A stretch of 51,263 nt of DNA, taken from a virus. Positions 34,557 to 42,984 of the stretch are shown in pieces. The notes under the pieces were generated by a model. It searched no databases. It saw only the letters and a program-made list of their open reading frames with translations, and was not told the origin of the DNA. Position numbers and translations under genes: made by a program. The number at the start of each line of letters is the position of its first letter. Within the stretch, counting starts at the first letter, position 1. Location of the stretch: the IMG/VR virus record IMGVR_UViG_3300010232_000005; one strand, written 5' to 3'.

Positions 34557-35567
34557 TTACAACCACCCGAACAGGAAGCGCAAAAGCCGGTCGATAAGCC
34601 CCGGTTCCTTCGTGTCGTTCGGACCGTCGTTTGGTTCGATCCGAACGCCGAAGTCGGCTTCGATATTCGCCGCCTTAACCACAATCGTCGACGACGACGA
34701 CCCCGCGAATAGCGTCGCCACGTATTCGCCCGTTTCTTCGACGAAGACGTCGCTTCCCGAATCGCCGCCCCGCGACATACTTGTCGTGATAATCGTATCC
34801 CGGATTTTCACTTGGCCGTCGGGGAACCGCACATTTACCGTCGCCGACGTCGCCATGACGCGACCCGTCGACACGCCGGTCGTGCGGCCGGTCTTCCGCA
34901 GCCCCTTGCCGTCTAGATCGGCGTAATTGTCCCGGCGTACCGACGTGCCGAAGCGGTCGGGAAGATTGTGCTTGTCGGGCGTGTCTTCGCTAACGGACCG
35001 GGCGGCTATGTCGACCCGCACGCCGTCTTCGATTGGGACGTACCCAAGCAACCGGCCGACAAGGTCGTCTTCTGTACCGCCGTCGCGGGGCGACGGTTGC
35101 ATTATAGCTTCGCCTAGATCGGCTTCGTTCGACCGGGCATACACATGGTTGTTCGATAGTCGAACCGTGTCGCCGGCTTCGACGTCGCCGACCCATTTCG
35201 CCGCCGCCGGATCGGTGACGGTCGCTTTGTACCACCCGGCGGTTGCGGCGGTCGACTTGGCATTAATTTCCGATACGCCGTCGGGAATCGGCCGGTGTCG
35301 ATCCTTTCGGTCGGCCGATTCGACGCTAAGTTCGGCGTCGTGCCGCTTGTCTAATAGTTCGACGCGGGGTTCGCCGCCGACGGGAATCACGTCGACGTCG
35401 ACGTCGAACGGCGACGCGGCGATTACGTTCGCCAATAGGTCGTCGTCGGCTAACTCTGATTCGGGAACCTTTTCGGTGACGAATACGCGAAGCGTGCCGT
35501 CCCGGTAGTCCCACCCGACCACGTTCGGAACGTGTTCGACGACGTCGTCGAAGTCTTCGGTGTGCAT
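34557..35567 (-). CDS. Trypsin/chymotrypsin-like serine protease with a hydrophobic C-terminal tail
   Basis: The candidate triad is NNHVYA (His), VDIAA (Asp) and SRGGDSGSDVF (GDSG Ser motif). The C-terminus is GLIDRLLRFLFGWL. A GTG start at 35582 is also possible. Confidence 0.6.
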   Translation of the reverse strand: MHTEDFDDVVEHVPNVVGWDYRDGTLRVFVTEKVPESELADDDLLANVIAASPFDVDVDVIPVGGEPRVELLDKRHDAELSVESADRKDRHRPIPDGVSEINAKSTAATAGWYKATVTDPAAAKWVGDVEAGDTVRLSNNHVYARSNEADLGEAIMQPSPRDGGTEDDLVGRLLGYVPIEDGVRVDIAARSVSEDTPDKHNLPDRFGTSVRRDNYADLDGKGLRKTGRTTGVSTGRVMATSATVNVRFPDGQVKIRDTIITTSMSRGGDSGSDVFVEETGEYVATLFAGSSSSTIVVKAANIEADFGVRIEPNDGPNDTKEPGLIDRLLRFLFGWL

Positions 35568-35704
35568 ACGTACGACGTACACGCCGGTCGACGACTAAGG
35601 GGTTTGGTGCCCGTCGAAACGAAGTCGCGTGACGCCGCACACGCGGCCGTCTAAGCGGTCGCATATCTGTCCGGGTGGACGGTGGGAAAAGGAAACGGCG
35701 ACGT

Positions 35705-36118
35705 CTATTCGCTGGCCGGCATTTCGGGAAGGTCGACCGTTTCGAAGCCAATACTGTCGACGAAGTGTGCGTCGCCGTCGACGACGATAATGTCGCCCGT
35801 CGCCATGCTTCGGGTGCTCCCGGGGTCGTGCCCCTTGCCCGCTTCCCACGCTTTGTAAGCGGCGGCTTCGGGCGACCGTGACGCGGGCACGTCGACTTCA
35901 ACGGTGCCGGCTTCGACGTACGCGGCGTCGAAGACGTCGGTTCGAACTTCGCGGTGAATGATACGCCCGTGGTTGACCGCCCATTCATACCCCATGCGAA
36001 TGTCGCGGGTAAGTTCGAACGCGTCGTCGTCTTCGTCGACGAAACGCGTGTGGTAAACCGTCGCTTCGTGGGTGGTCGTGGTCGATCCGTCGTCGTTCGC
36101 TTCGGTGTGTCGCACCAT
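35705..36118 (-). CDS. MVRHT-class protein (137 aa)
   Basis: MVRHTEANDDGSTTTTHEATVYH... Confidence 0.65.
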   Translation of the reverse strand: MVRHTEANDDGSTTTTHEATVYHTRFVDEDDDAFELTRDIRMGYEWAVNHGRIIHREVRTDVFDAAYVEAGTVEVDVPASRSPEAAAYKAWEAGKGHDPGSTRSMATGDIIVVDGDAHFVDSIGFETVDLPEMPASE

Positions 36119-36158
36119 ATCTACCTATTAGGCACCGGGGTACATAAGTGTGTCGGTG
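36104..36158 (-). promoter_or_regulatory. MVRHT promoter/start module, copy 4 (reference copy)
   Basis: Gene strand: CACCGACACACTTATGTACCCCGGTGCCTAATAGGTAGATATGGTGCGACACACC. Confidence 0.7.
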
Positions 36159-36220
36159 TAATACAATGCACCATTTAAGTTAGCGGAAGTGTGGTAAAAG
36201 CGGCGTTCGTATAGGGAAGC

Positions 36221-36718
36221 ATGGTGAGGTTGAACGGCGATTACGTCGACGACGACGAAGCGTTACTTAGCCTTATAGAATCGTTAGAAAAGACCCACCC
36301 CGGACTAGCCGACGCTGTGCGTGCCGTACGCCGTGCCCGTCGAATCAAAACGTCGGAATTGGTCGGCGGCGACAATATGATCGGTGCCCGCGTTACGTTC
36401 GTCGACAATGACGGCGACCCGCACCGGGGCGTCGTGATTGAACCGGAAGTTTCCAGTATGCCCGGCGGCGAAGCGTACGATCCGAACCGCGACGAATTCG
36501 TCGACCCGTCGGATTACCCAATGGGTACCGTTCAATTAGTGCGGGGCGACGGGTGGGAATTCGGAATCGACGGGTTCTTCGACCGGATCAAATCAGAAAA
36601 AGACGGTCGGGGGCTTCGGGCTGAAACGTCGGTGACGCCGGCACGGGAACCGGATTCGGCGTATTGTTACTTCGCCGGGTGGGATTACTTCGACGAACAC
36701 GCCGACGTCGACGGCTAG
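36221..36718 (+). CDS. Hypothetical acidic protein
   Basis: 165-aa ORF (MVRLNGDYVDDDE...), divergent from the 36118 gene. Confidence 0.6.
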   Translation: MVRLNGDYVDDDEALLSLIESLEKTHPGLADAVRAVRRARRIKTSELVGGDNMIGARVTFVDNDGDPHRGVVIEPEVSSMPGGEAYDPNRDEFVDPSDYPMGTVQLVRGDGWEFGIDGFFDRIKSEKDGRGLRAETSVTPAREPDSAYCYFAGWDYFDEHADVDG

Positions 36719-36840
36719 TCGTCGCTGCACCCGACGCACTGCACGTCGTCGGTGTCGTGGTTCGTAATGACGCCTTTCCCACATTCGACACAATCAATGC
36801 GTTCTAACCCTCCCGGAAGGTCGTCGCCGCTCCCCGTCAT
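36715..36840 (-). CDS. 41-aa zinc-ribbon mini-protein (not in the track)
   Basis: Hand translation: MTGSGDDLPGGLERIDCVECGKGVITNHDTDDVQCVGCSDD. The start has an ATGA overlap with the upstream stop. Confidence 0.45.
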   Translation of the reverse strand: MTGSGDDLPGGLERIDCVECGKGVITNHDTDDVQCVGCSDD

Positions 36841-37091
36841 TCGCCGGCCCCGTCGCCTTCGTTCAATTCCGACACCTTCGCGTTTAGCATGGCGATTAGG
36901 CGCTTCCGGGCGTCGCGGTCGTTCCGGTTGGCTAGATCGACTTCGGCTTCGATGTACGCCCGTGCCCGGTCGACGTCGTCGATCCCTTTCACCACCGCCT
37001 TTATCGTCGCTTCGCTCTTGGTGGATAGGATTTTGTACGGTTCCCCCCGATACGAGTCGGTCGCCGATCTCGGTTGGTTGCGGATTGGCAT
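36837..37091 (-). CDS. Hypothetical small protein
   Basis: 84-aa helical/charged ORF. Confidence 0.55.
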   Translation of the reverse strand: MPIRNQPRSATDSYRGEPYKILSTKSEATIKAVVKGIDDVDRARAYIEAEVDLANRNDRDARKRLIAMLNAKVSELNEGDGAGE

Positions 37092-37093
37092 GG

Positions 37094-37276
37094 TTATCGC
37101 TTGCTAACGTAGTTCCCCGACGGCGGGTCGTCGGCCGGATCGACCGCCCCGCACGCCGGGCATTTGTAGACCATTCGCGGGCCGTCGCGCCCCGGTGCCT
37201 TCTGTTTCTTCATGCCGGCGTTTCCGCACGCCGAACATTCGCGGTCGAACGTGTCGGGTTTGTCGTCGATTGGCAT
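37094..37276 (-). CDS. Zinc-ribbon protein (CSACG...CPACG)
   Basis: The start was moved to ATG 37276 (MPIDDKPDTF), just after the upstream stop at 37281. Confidence 0.55.
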   Translation of the reverse strand: MPIDDKPDTFDRECSACGNAGMKKQKAPGRDGPRMVYKCPACGAVDPADDPPSGNYVSKR

Positions 37277-37280
37277 GGTG

Positions 37281-37499
37281 TTACTGGTATTCCGGGCGGT
37301 TTGTGTCTTCGCACCCGGTCGATTCGACCGCTTGGTCGAACCGTTCTTCGGCGACGGCTTCAATATCGCCGACCGTTTCGCCTTCCCCGCCTTCGACCGT
37401 TACTTCAACTTCGTTCCCGTCGAAGCCGTTCGCCGCCGACGTTTTCATGTGAATGCGGGCTTGATTCGACGCCGGTTCTTCGTCGCCGTTATCACTCAT
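37281..37499 (-). CDS. Small acidic protein (MSDNGDEEP...)
   Basis: ATG 37499 overlaps the upstream stop (ATGA). Confidence 0.5.
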   Translation of the reverse strand: MSDNGDEEPASNQARIHMKTSAANGFDGNEVEVTVEGGEGETVGDIEAVAEERFDQAVESTGCEDTNRPEYQ

Positions 37500-37696
37500 A
37501 GCGCGGCCCCCACGCACAGCCATAGAAGCATGACGATAATCGTCGCTTGGAACGACGCGAAGCCGACGGCCCACGCGACGGCCACGATTAGCGGGGCGAT
37601 AAGTGCGGCGACGGCGGCGGTGACAAAGACGGCCCCGGCAAGTAGACCCGTCGCCACAAGCCCGCCGCGTGCCACGTTCCGAAGCGTCGACGTCAT
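37496..37696 (-). CDS. Small membrane protein with two transmembrane helices
   Basis: MTSTLRNVARGGLVATGLLAGAVFVTAAVAALIAPLIVAVAWAVGFASFQATIIVMLLWLCVGAAL. ATGA overlap. Confidence 0.55.
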   Translation of the reverse strand: MTSTLRNVARGGLVATGLLAGAVFVTAAVAALIAPLIVAVAWAVGFASFQATIIVMLLWLCVGAAL

Positions 37697-38913
37697 TCGT
37701 GCGGTTCCCAGGATTCCCACGACCTCCGGCGCGTCACGGTTCCGGGCTTCGAATCGGTTTCAACGTCTTCGACCCCTTCCCGAACGTCTTCGTCGGTTGC
37801 CCCGTCGGGGATAAACCCGTCTTCGTCGGATTCCGGCGCGTCGTCCGGGTCGGGTTCGTACGTTTCAATCCGGTCGGCGATTTGTTCGGCTATGTCGGTA
37901 CACGTTTCGCCTTCTATATCGGCGTCGATTAGGGCGTCTTTGTGTTCTATAACCCATTCCCGAATTGGTTCGACCGGGGGTCGGCCCGTCGGCGGGTGCG
38001 TTCCGCGTTCGTCGTACGGGAACCCGGCGTACGGGTCGCCATGAAGTGAGTGCCAAGCGGCGTCGATAGCGTCTTTCACGTCGTCTATGTCGCCGTGTGT
38101 GATTGGTTCGCCGTCGACGACCCGACCGTCGGGGTCGCGTATCGCCTCGACGACTTCGGCGGTGCGTTCGTCTTCCGGCCCTTCGAACGCGAAGCCGTCG
38201 ACCGTCGGCCGGATTGAACCGCATTCCTTGCTATCGGGGTCAACGCCCGCACGCCGCCACAGTTCGCGGTGTGCGGCATTCGGGGCGGCGTCGGCGGTAT
38301 CGACACGGTCTTCCCACCGGTCGGGGTCGGCGGTGTAAACGACCGTCGCAAGGGCATGGGCGGCGGCGTTTGCCCGGTCGGAATCCGGGCCGTGTTCGTC
38401 GACGACCAACCGAAGCGTACGGGTGGCGTCGTGTTCGACGTCGACGACGTCGACAAACCGGTCGGGAATGTCGGCGTACCGCACTTCGACGGGTTCGACA
38501 CGGGTTTCGACCGGTCGAAGGTGGACGGTTATCTGGTCGACCGCGTCGACGCCGTCGTACCGGGTACCGCCGTACGCTTTCGTGATTGCGACGTCGTCGC
38601 GGTCGATCATGTCGTCGATTACGGTATCGCCCGTCGACGGTTCGCCGGCCCCGGCGTTTTCAAGCGTAAGCCCAACGTGGTACCGGGGTTCGTGCGGGCG
38701 TTCGCCGGGGGCGTGCGACGCCATTAGGTTCACCCACGCCCGGTCGTCGTCTTTGGTGACGGCCCGAAGTGCCGAATGCAGGGCGGCGTTCGGGGCGTGG
38801 TCGTCGCGTACACGGCGTCGGAACCGGTCGTCGGTGTGTATGGGTTCGAAGATTTCGTCGCGGTCGTGCGGCGCGTGTGCGTCCGATTCGTCGGGGTGTG
38901 TGTCGTCGGGCAT
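37693..38913 (-). CDS. Large acidic protein of unknown function
   Basis: Start at ATG 38913 (MPDDTHPDE), 32 nt downstream of the start of the CTTTTT element in the consensus promoter at 38939-38955. The track start at GTG 38937 is possible. Confidence 0.6.
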   Translation of the reverse strand: MPDDTHPDESDAHAPHDRDEIFEPIHTDDRFRRRVRDDHAPNAALHSALRAVTKDDDRAWVNLMASHAPGERPHEPRYHVGLTLENAGAGEPSTGDTVIDDMIDRDDVAITKAYGGTRYDGVDAVDQITVHLRPVETRVEPVEVRYADIPDRFVDVVDVEHDATRTLRLVVDEHGPDSDRANAAAHALATVVYTADPDRWEDRVDTADAAPNAAHRELWRRAGVDPDSKECGSIRPTVDGFAFEGPEDERTAEVVEAIRDPDGRVVDGEPITHGDIDDVKDAIDAAWHSLHGDPYAGFPYDERGTHPPTGRPPVEPIREWVIEHKDALIDADIEGETCTDIAEQIADRIETYEPDPDDAPESDEDGFIPDGATDEDVREGVEDVETDSKPGTVTRRRSWESWEPHE

Positions 38914-38991
38914 GACACCCGTACGGTGGTCGAACACAGGAAAAAGCGTGCCGGTGGCTGGCTGAGTGATAGGGTTGGTGGAGGTCGGTTC

Positions 38992-40227
38992 TTACCACCC
39001 TTCGACGACCGACGCCATAGCGACGTCGACGGTCGTATCCCCGGTCGTTCGCTTTTGGGCGGCTATCGTCACCGGCCGGTCGCGGCGAAGTTCGGTGTCG
39101 ACGCCGTCACGCCCCGCGACGTCTACGCTAATCCCGCTGCCTCCGGTGATAATATCCTGAAATCGCCATGCCCCGTCGTTAACACCGAACGCCGACGCGT
39201 GGTCGGTGCGAAGCCATTCGCATGCCGTTTCGCTTGCGTCGACGTTTTGCGGGGGATTCCACGATAGCGAATCCGGGTCGGTAAGCGAATCGCCCCGTAT
39301 TTGAAGGATTATGTCGTCTTGCGGTGCGATACGGTAACTTTGAAGATTTACCGTGACGCCGTCGTACCCGTCTTTTTGTCGAACCGAAAGAAGCGGTTCC
39401 CACCCCGTGTCGGATACGGTGATACCTTGTCGGCGGTCGCCCTTTGTCCGGTCACTTGCTGAAAAGTTCCCCCGTCGGGCGGCTTGTCGGTCTTGTACGT
39501 ACACGTCGAAGGGTTCCGCCGTCGCCCCGTTTGCGACTTCTATACGAATCGGGTTCGACTGTCTTGCCCATGTCGACGTTCCGTCGGGGTCGAAGCGGTG
39601 TATCGTTCGGGATACTAACCGGCCGTCGTCGTTTGATTCGTATATTTCGACGTCGACCGTCCCCGAATTGTATAGATACGGCTTGATTCGAACGATACAG
39701 CCGTCTTTCAGTAATTGGGTGACGTCGGTTTGCGTGCCTTCGCCGTTCCACCCCTCGGGTCTAACCACCCCTTGTCGGGTTCCGTTTCGAAGCATTTCGA
39801 CGTACGGCCCAGTTTCGTCTAATCCGACGTATGCCCCTGATTCGCCGGCTTCCCATACGCCGGCCCGTACCTCTTGTTCGCCGGTCGGGTCGCCGGGGAT
39901 TCGAACCGAAAGCGCACCTTCGAAGGCGTATCCCGACACGACGCGTATCCGGTCGACGGTTTCGAAGCCGGTGGTTTCGCCCGCCGTCGCCGTCGTGTAG
40001 ACGTGATATTCCGATTCCGACGGGACGTGGTCGACGCGGGCGTCGGGGTATATCGACCGTTCGTTTGATAGCGGGAAATCGCTATTTATGTCGATTAGGC
40101 TTTGCCGGTCGACGACGGTTAAGTCGTCGAATGACGTTATCGCCTTGTTGAAGCGCCGAAGAATAGCGGTTTGTTCGTCGACGGATTCCGACTGTGTCGT
40201 GGGTAATTCGTCGGGGTTATCGTTCAT
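38992..40227 (-). CDS. Unknown protein, 411 aa, probably beta-rich
   Basis: Long ORF. The promoter-like element CGCTTTTAC starts 29 nt upstream (40249-40268). Confidence 0.6.
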   Translation of the reverse strand: MNDNPDELPTTQSESVDEQTAILRRFNKAITSFDDLTVVDRQSLIDINSDFPLSNERSIYPDARVDHVPSESEYHVYTTATAGETTGFETVDRIRVVSGYAFEGALSVRIPGDPTGEQEVRAGVWEAGESGAYVGLDETGPYVEMLRNGTRQGVVRPEGWNGEGTQTDVTQLLKDGCIVRIKPYLYNSGTVDVEIYESNDDGRLVSRTIHRFDPDGTSTWARQSNPIRIEVANGATAEPFDVYVQDRQAARRGNFSASDRTKGDRRQGITVSDTGWEPLLSVRQKDGYDGVTVNLQSYRIAPQDDIILQIRGDSLTDPDSLSWNPPQNVDASETACEWLRTDHASAFGVNDGAWRFQDIITGGSGISVDVAGRDGVDTELRRDRPVTIAAQKRTTGDTTVDVAMASVVEGW

Positions 40228-40297
40228 GGCCGACCCACGTTCCGGGGAAGTAAAAGCGTTCGTCGCCCGCCTTCGAAGTCGGTTGTGCCGGCGTGTG

Positions 40298-41110
40298 TTA
40301 GTCGTCGATACGCCCGTCGTGGGCGACGTCGACGTCGACGTCGTCGGGAAGCCGTTCGGCGACTACGTCTTGAATCGCGTCGGCGGTCGATTGAACCGTA
40401 TTGTGCGGGAATTCGTCGACGGCGTCGTCGGCAAGCCCATACGCGTCGACCGTGAACGAATGTCCGGGGGGGAAGTCGATACGGGCGCACTTCCCGACTT
40501 CGCGGTCGCCGCCCCGGTACGACTTCGACACGACCGACCGTTCGAACACGGCTTCGACTTCGACCGTGCGGTCGCGGCGGGCGTGGTACCCCCGAACACG
40601 GTCGCCTTCCCAATCGACCGACACGTCGTCTAAGCGAATCGTCTTCATGTTCCCCGACCGGTTCGACCGATAGTGAACCGTGACAGAAACGTCGTCTTGA
40701 ACGGCCCCGGTGACGGGTGCCGGATCGGGTAGTTCAACCATGAAGACGTCGACGTCTTCGGCGACCTTGCGGTACGTGTGGTCGTCGCCGTACCGGTACA
40801 GGTTCATGTTATCGGTGACGGCGAACCCTTGGTCGTCGTCGTGAAACGTGTACGACGACCGGTCGTCGGGAAGTCCCCGGTCGCGGTCGCGGTCGGTCGC
40901 CCGCGTCCCTTGTATCGACCGCACGGTCTTCGTGTTCCCGTGCGACGTCGTGTATTCGAATTCTAACGCCGTGCGGCGGGTCGAAACGGCACGGGCGTCG
41001 GAAGACACGGTAAGCCCGCCGAAGCGGGTGTACGTGACGTCGTCGCGGTCGATTGGTTCGCGGTGTTCGCGGTACGGTTTGGCGTATTCGGCGTCGGTGT
41101 GTCGCACCAT
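40298..41110 (-). CDS. MVRHT-class protein (270 aa)
   Basis: MVRHTDAEYAKPYREHREPIDRDD... Confidence 0.65.
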   Translation of the reverse strand: MVRHTDAEYAKPYREHREPIDRDDVTYTRFGGLTVSSDARAVSTRRTALEFEYTTSHGNTKTVRSIQGTRATDRDRDRGLPDDRSSYTFHDDDQGFAVTDNMNLYRYGDDHTYRKVAEDVDVFMVELPDPAPVTGAVQDDVSVTVHYRSNRSGNMKTIRLDDVSVDWEGDRVRGYHARRDRTVEVEAVFERSVVSKSYRGGDREVGKCARIDFPPGHSFTVDAYGLADDAVDEFPHNTVQSTADAIQDVVAERLPDDVDVDVAHDGRIDD

Positions 41111-41150
41111 ATCTACCTATTAGGTGCGGGGGTACATAACTGTGTCGGTG
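41096..41150 (-). promoter_or_regulatory. MVRHT promoter/start module, copy 5
   Basis: ggtgtgtcgcaccatatctacctattaggtgcgggggtacataactgtgtcggtg. Confidence 0.7.
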
Positions 41151-41208
41151 TTCGACAAGTAGAAATGTACGTTCACCCGATGGGTTAGATTCCCCGGCGT
41201 TTGTTTTG

Positions 41209-41328
41209 CTATTCGGCCGACTGCGGCGTTTGGTGGTTGCGTGATATATCCACAAACCGATACCCGCACGCTTCGCACCGGAAGGGTTTGTCCGCGTATT
41301 GGACGAAGCACACCGGACACGCCGTCAT
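41209..41328 (-). CDS. 39-aa zinc-ribbon mini-protein
   Basis: MTACPVCFVQYADKPFRCEACGYRFVDISRNHQTPQSAE. ATGA overlap with the upstream stop. Confidence 0.5.
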   Translation of the reverse strand: MTACPVCFVQYADKPFRCEACGYRFVDISRNHQTPQSAE

Positions 41329-42158
41329 TCGTCGCCCCCGTCGTCTTCGTCGACGGGTTCCGGTTCGTCGACGTCGTCGGGTAGGTCGACCCCGACGTGA
41401 TTTATTTCGACTTCGACCGGTTCGTCGGCGTCGCCCCGTACCGTGTGGTCGCCGTCGACCGTTAGGTCGGCGACGTCGGCGACTTGCTTCAACGATAAGA
41501 CCAAGTTGGCGATATGCGATTCCTTCCGTTCTAACGCTTTGTCGGCCGTGTCGACGAAGGATTTGCCCGTCGGTTCGAAGTCGCCCCGCGTCGACGGACA
41601 CGGTTCGTAGACGCCTTGGGACACTTGTATCGACCCGGTGCATTGGTCGGGTGCCGGCGACGATTCCGACCCCTTGTACTTGGTCCCGCACCGGGGGCAC
41701 CGGTAGGTATCGACCCGTTCGACGTCGGGAGATTCTTCGACCGCCCGCACTAACCGGGTTTGTTCCCACCCGATCATATTCCGAAGCATATCGGCGGCGT
41801 CTTCAAGCCGCAGCAATTCGTCGTCGTCTTCGGGGTGCCGTACGACGGCTTCGAATATCTCGGCGTCGTCGTCGTCCATGCGTTCGCTATACAGTAAGTG
41901 CCGGGCATTCCCATTCGCCCACCCCGTCGGCCCGCCGGGACTTCCGCCGTGATGTTTCGTACACGCCCCGGTTTGACGGTCGGTTCCCCACCCGGCGGAA
42001 AGAAGGCACCCGTCGCCTTCGCCCCCGCGCTTGCGCCCGTTCTTGTCGACGGCGTCGGTCTTCGGGTACCCACAAACGGCGTGCCCCCGGTCGGGGTGCC
42101 GGGGAATCCCGTCGCCGTCGACGTCGACGCCGTCGCCGAATTCGTAATCCCATGCCAT
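41325..42158 (-). CDS. Cys-containing protein with a GGPTGWANGNARHLLYS motif (possible small-terminase-like or DNA-binding protein)
   Basis: From memory, the motif resembles the G.P.GN.NA.KHG.YS motif of some phage small-terminase-like proteins. CPRCG is present. The C-terminus is acidic. Confidence 0.3.
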   Translation of the reverse strand: MAWDYEFGDGVDVDGDGIPRHPDRGHAVCGYPKTDAVDKNGRKRGGEGDGCLLSAGWGTDRQTGACTKHHGGSPGGPTGWANGNARHLLYSERMDDDDAEIFEAVVRHPEDDDELLRLEDAADMLRNMIGWEQTRLVRAVEESPDVERVDTYRCPRCGTKYKGSESSPAPDQCTGSIQVSQGVYEPCPSTRGDFEPTGKSFVDTADKALERKESHIANLVLSLKQVADVADLTVDGDHTVRGDADEPVEVEINHVGVDLPDDVDEPEPVDEDDGGDE

Positions 42159-42247
42159 AGTTGAATGCTAAGTCGACCGGGTGAACGGTCGGGTATGCTA
42201 CATGATAGTACCGGCCGGTAGGTGAAAGGCGTGTCGGGCCGACCGCG

Positions 42248-42478
42248 TCAAATCATCGACCGAACGGCGTCGGGATCGACGTCGTCGGCGTACCGTGCGT
42301 CGGCGAACGCCCCGGCGGATTCGCCGGATACGTCGAACCACCGTGACCGGCACGCGGCGGAACAGAAGATTAGCACGACGCCGTCGCGGGCAAGTAGATA
42401 CACGCCGTCGGTTCCGTTCCCACGCGGTCCGGTGTACGTGGCGTCTTCGTCGCAATAGTGGCAAACGAAGCGCGTCAT
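42248..42478 (-). CDS. Small zinc-finger protein (CHYC...CSAAC, TRASH/MYM-like)
   Basis: MTRFVCHYCDEDATYTG...LIFCSAACRSRW. ATGA overlap. Confidence 0.5.
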   Translation of the reverse strand: MTRFVCHYCDEDATYTGPRGNGTDGVYLLARDGVVLIFCSAACRSRWFDVSGESAGAFADARYADDVDPDAVRSMI

Positions 42479-42984
42479 AACAGGAATGCGACGGTGATTA
42501 CGATAATGATTAGAAGCCCGACGGCGACTTCGACCCACGGGAAGTCGTGGTCGGGACGGTCGGGGCCTGCGTCGACGTGTTCGCGGAATTGTTCGACGTC
42601 TTCGTTTTCCCAGTCGTCGTATTCGGCTTCGGGAACCGCTTCGTCGACGGTCGAATCCCACCCTTCGGGCACGGAAAGCGGGTCGAAATAGTCGACGGCG
42701 TCGGATTCCATGATTAGACGCACGAAGTCGCGGGGCGATAGCGTGCCGTCTTCGTATTTTTCGACGACGGTTCGAAGCCGTTGGCGTTCGATTGCGTCGT
42801 CGACGGCGTCGATTTGGGTGCGAAGGTCTTCGGGAACATGGTGCTTGGAATACGGCGACACGGGATTGTTCACCCACACGGCGAAGGATTCGAACGGTTT
42901 GTCGCGGTCGCCGTGCCCGATTACGGCCGTGCCGTCGTCGGTGTCGGCGTCGGGGTCGTTTAGGCGGTCGTTCCCGTTCGTCAT
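42475..42984 (-). CDS. Acidic protein with a C-terminal membrane anchor
   Basis: 169 aa, ending in VEVAVGLLIIIVITVAFLL. Confidence 0.55.
   Translation of the reverse strand: MTNGNDRLNDPDADTDDGTAVIGHGDRDKPFESFAVWVNNPVSPYSKHHVPEDLRTQIDAVDDAIERQRLRTVVEKYEDGTLSPRDFVRLIMESDAVDYFDPLSVPEGWDSTVDEAVPEAEYDDWENEDVEQFREHVDAGPDRPDHDFPWVEVAVGLLIIIVITVAFLL

Noticed and set aside
37861-37878. cgtttcaatccggtcggc: the reverse complement matches the CRISPR repeat 3' end (GGATTGAAAC) next to a ccggtcgg string also present in spacer 1
   Set aside because: It is only a 10-nt match inside a well-supported coding region (…ADRIETYEPD…). A match of this length is expected by chance at roughly 0.1 per genome, and there is no further repeat similarity. 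A similar weak hit at 45066-45078 (ccctcgttgaaac) was rejected for the same reason.
41201-42160. Long Arg/Pro-rich alternative-frame ORFs. Examples are 41201-42160 (+), 30670-31617 (+) in its N-terminal part, 50502-51098 (-), 43541-44218 (-), 1920-2882 (+) in its N-terminal part, and 36752-37501 (+).
   Set aside because: They are extremely basic, low-complexity translations that overlap acidic ORFs with good gene context. This is a classic shadow-ORF artefact in GC-rich genomes. Only their acidic C-terminal portions were kept, and only where an internal ATG overlaps the upstream stop.
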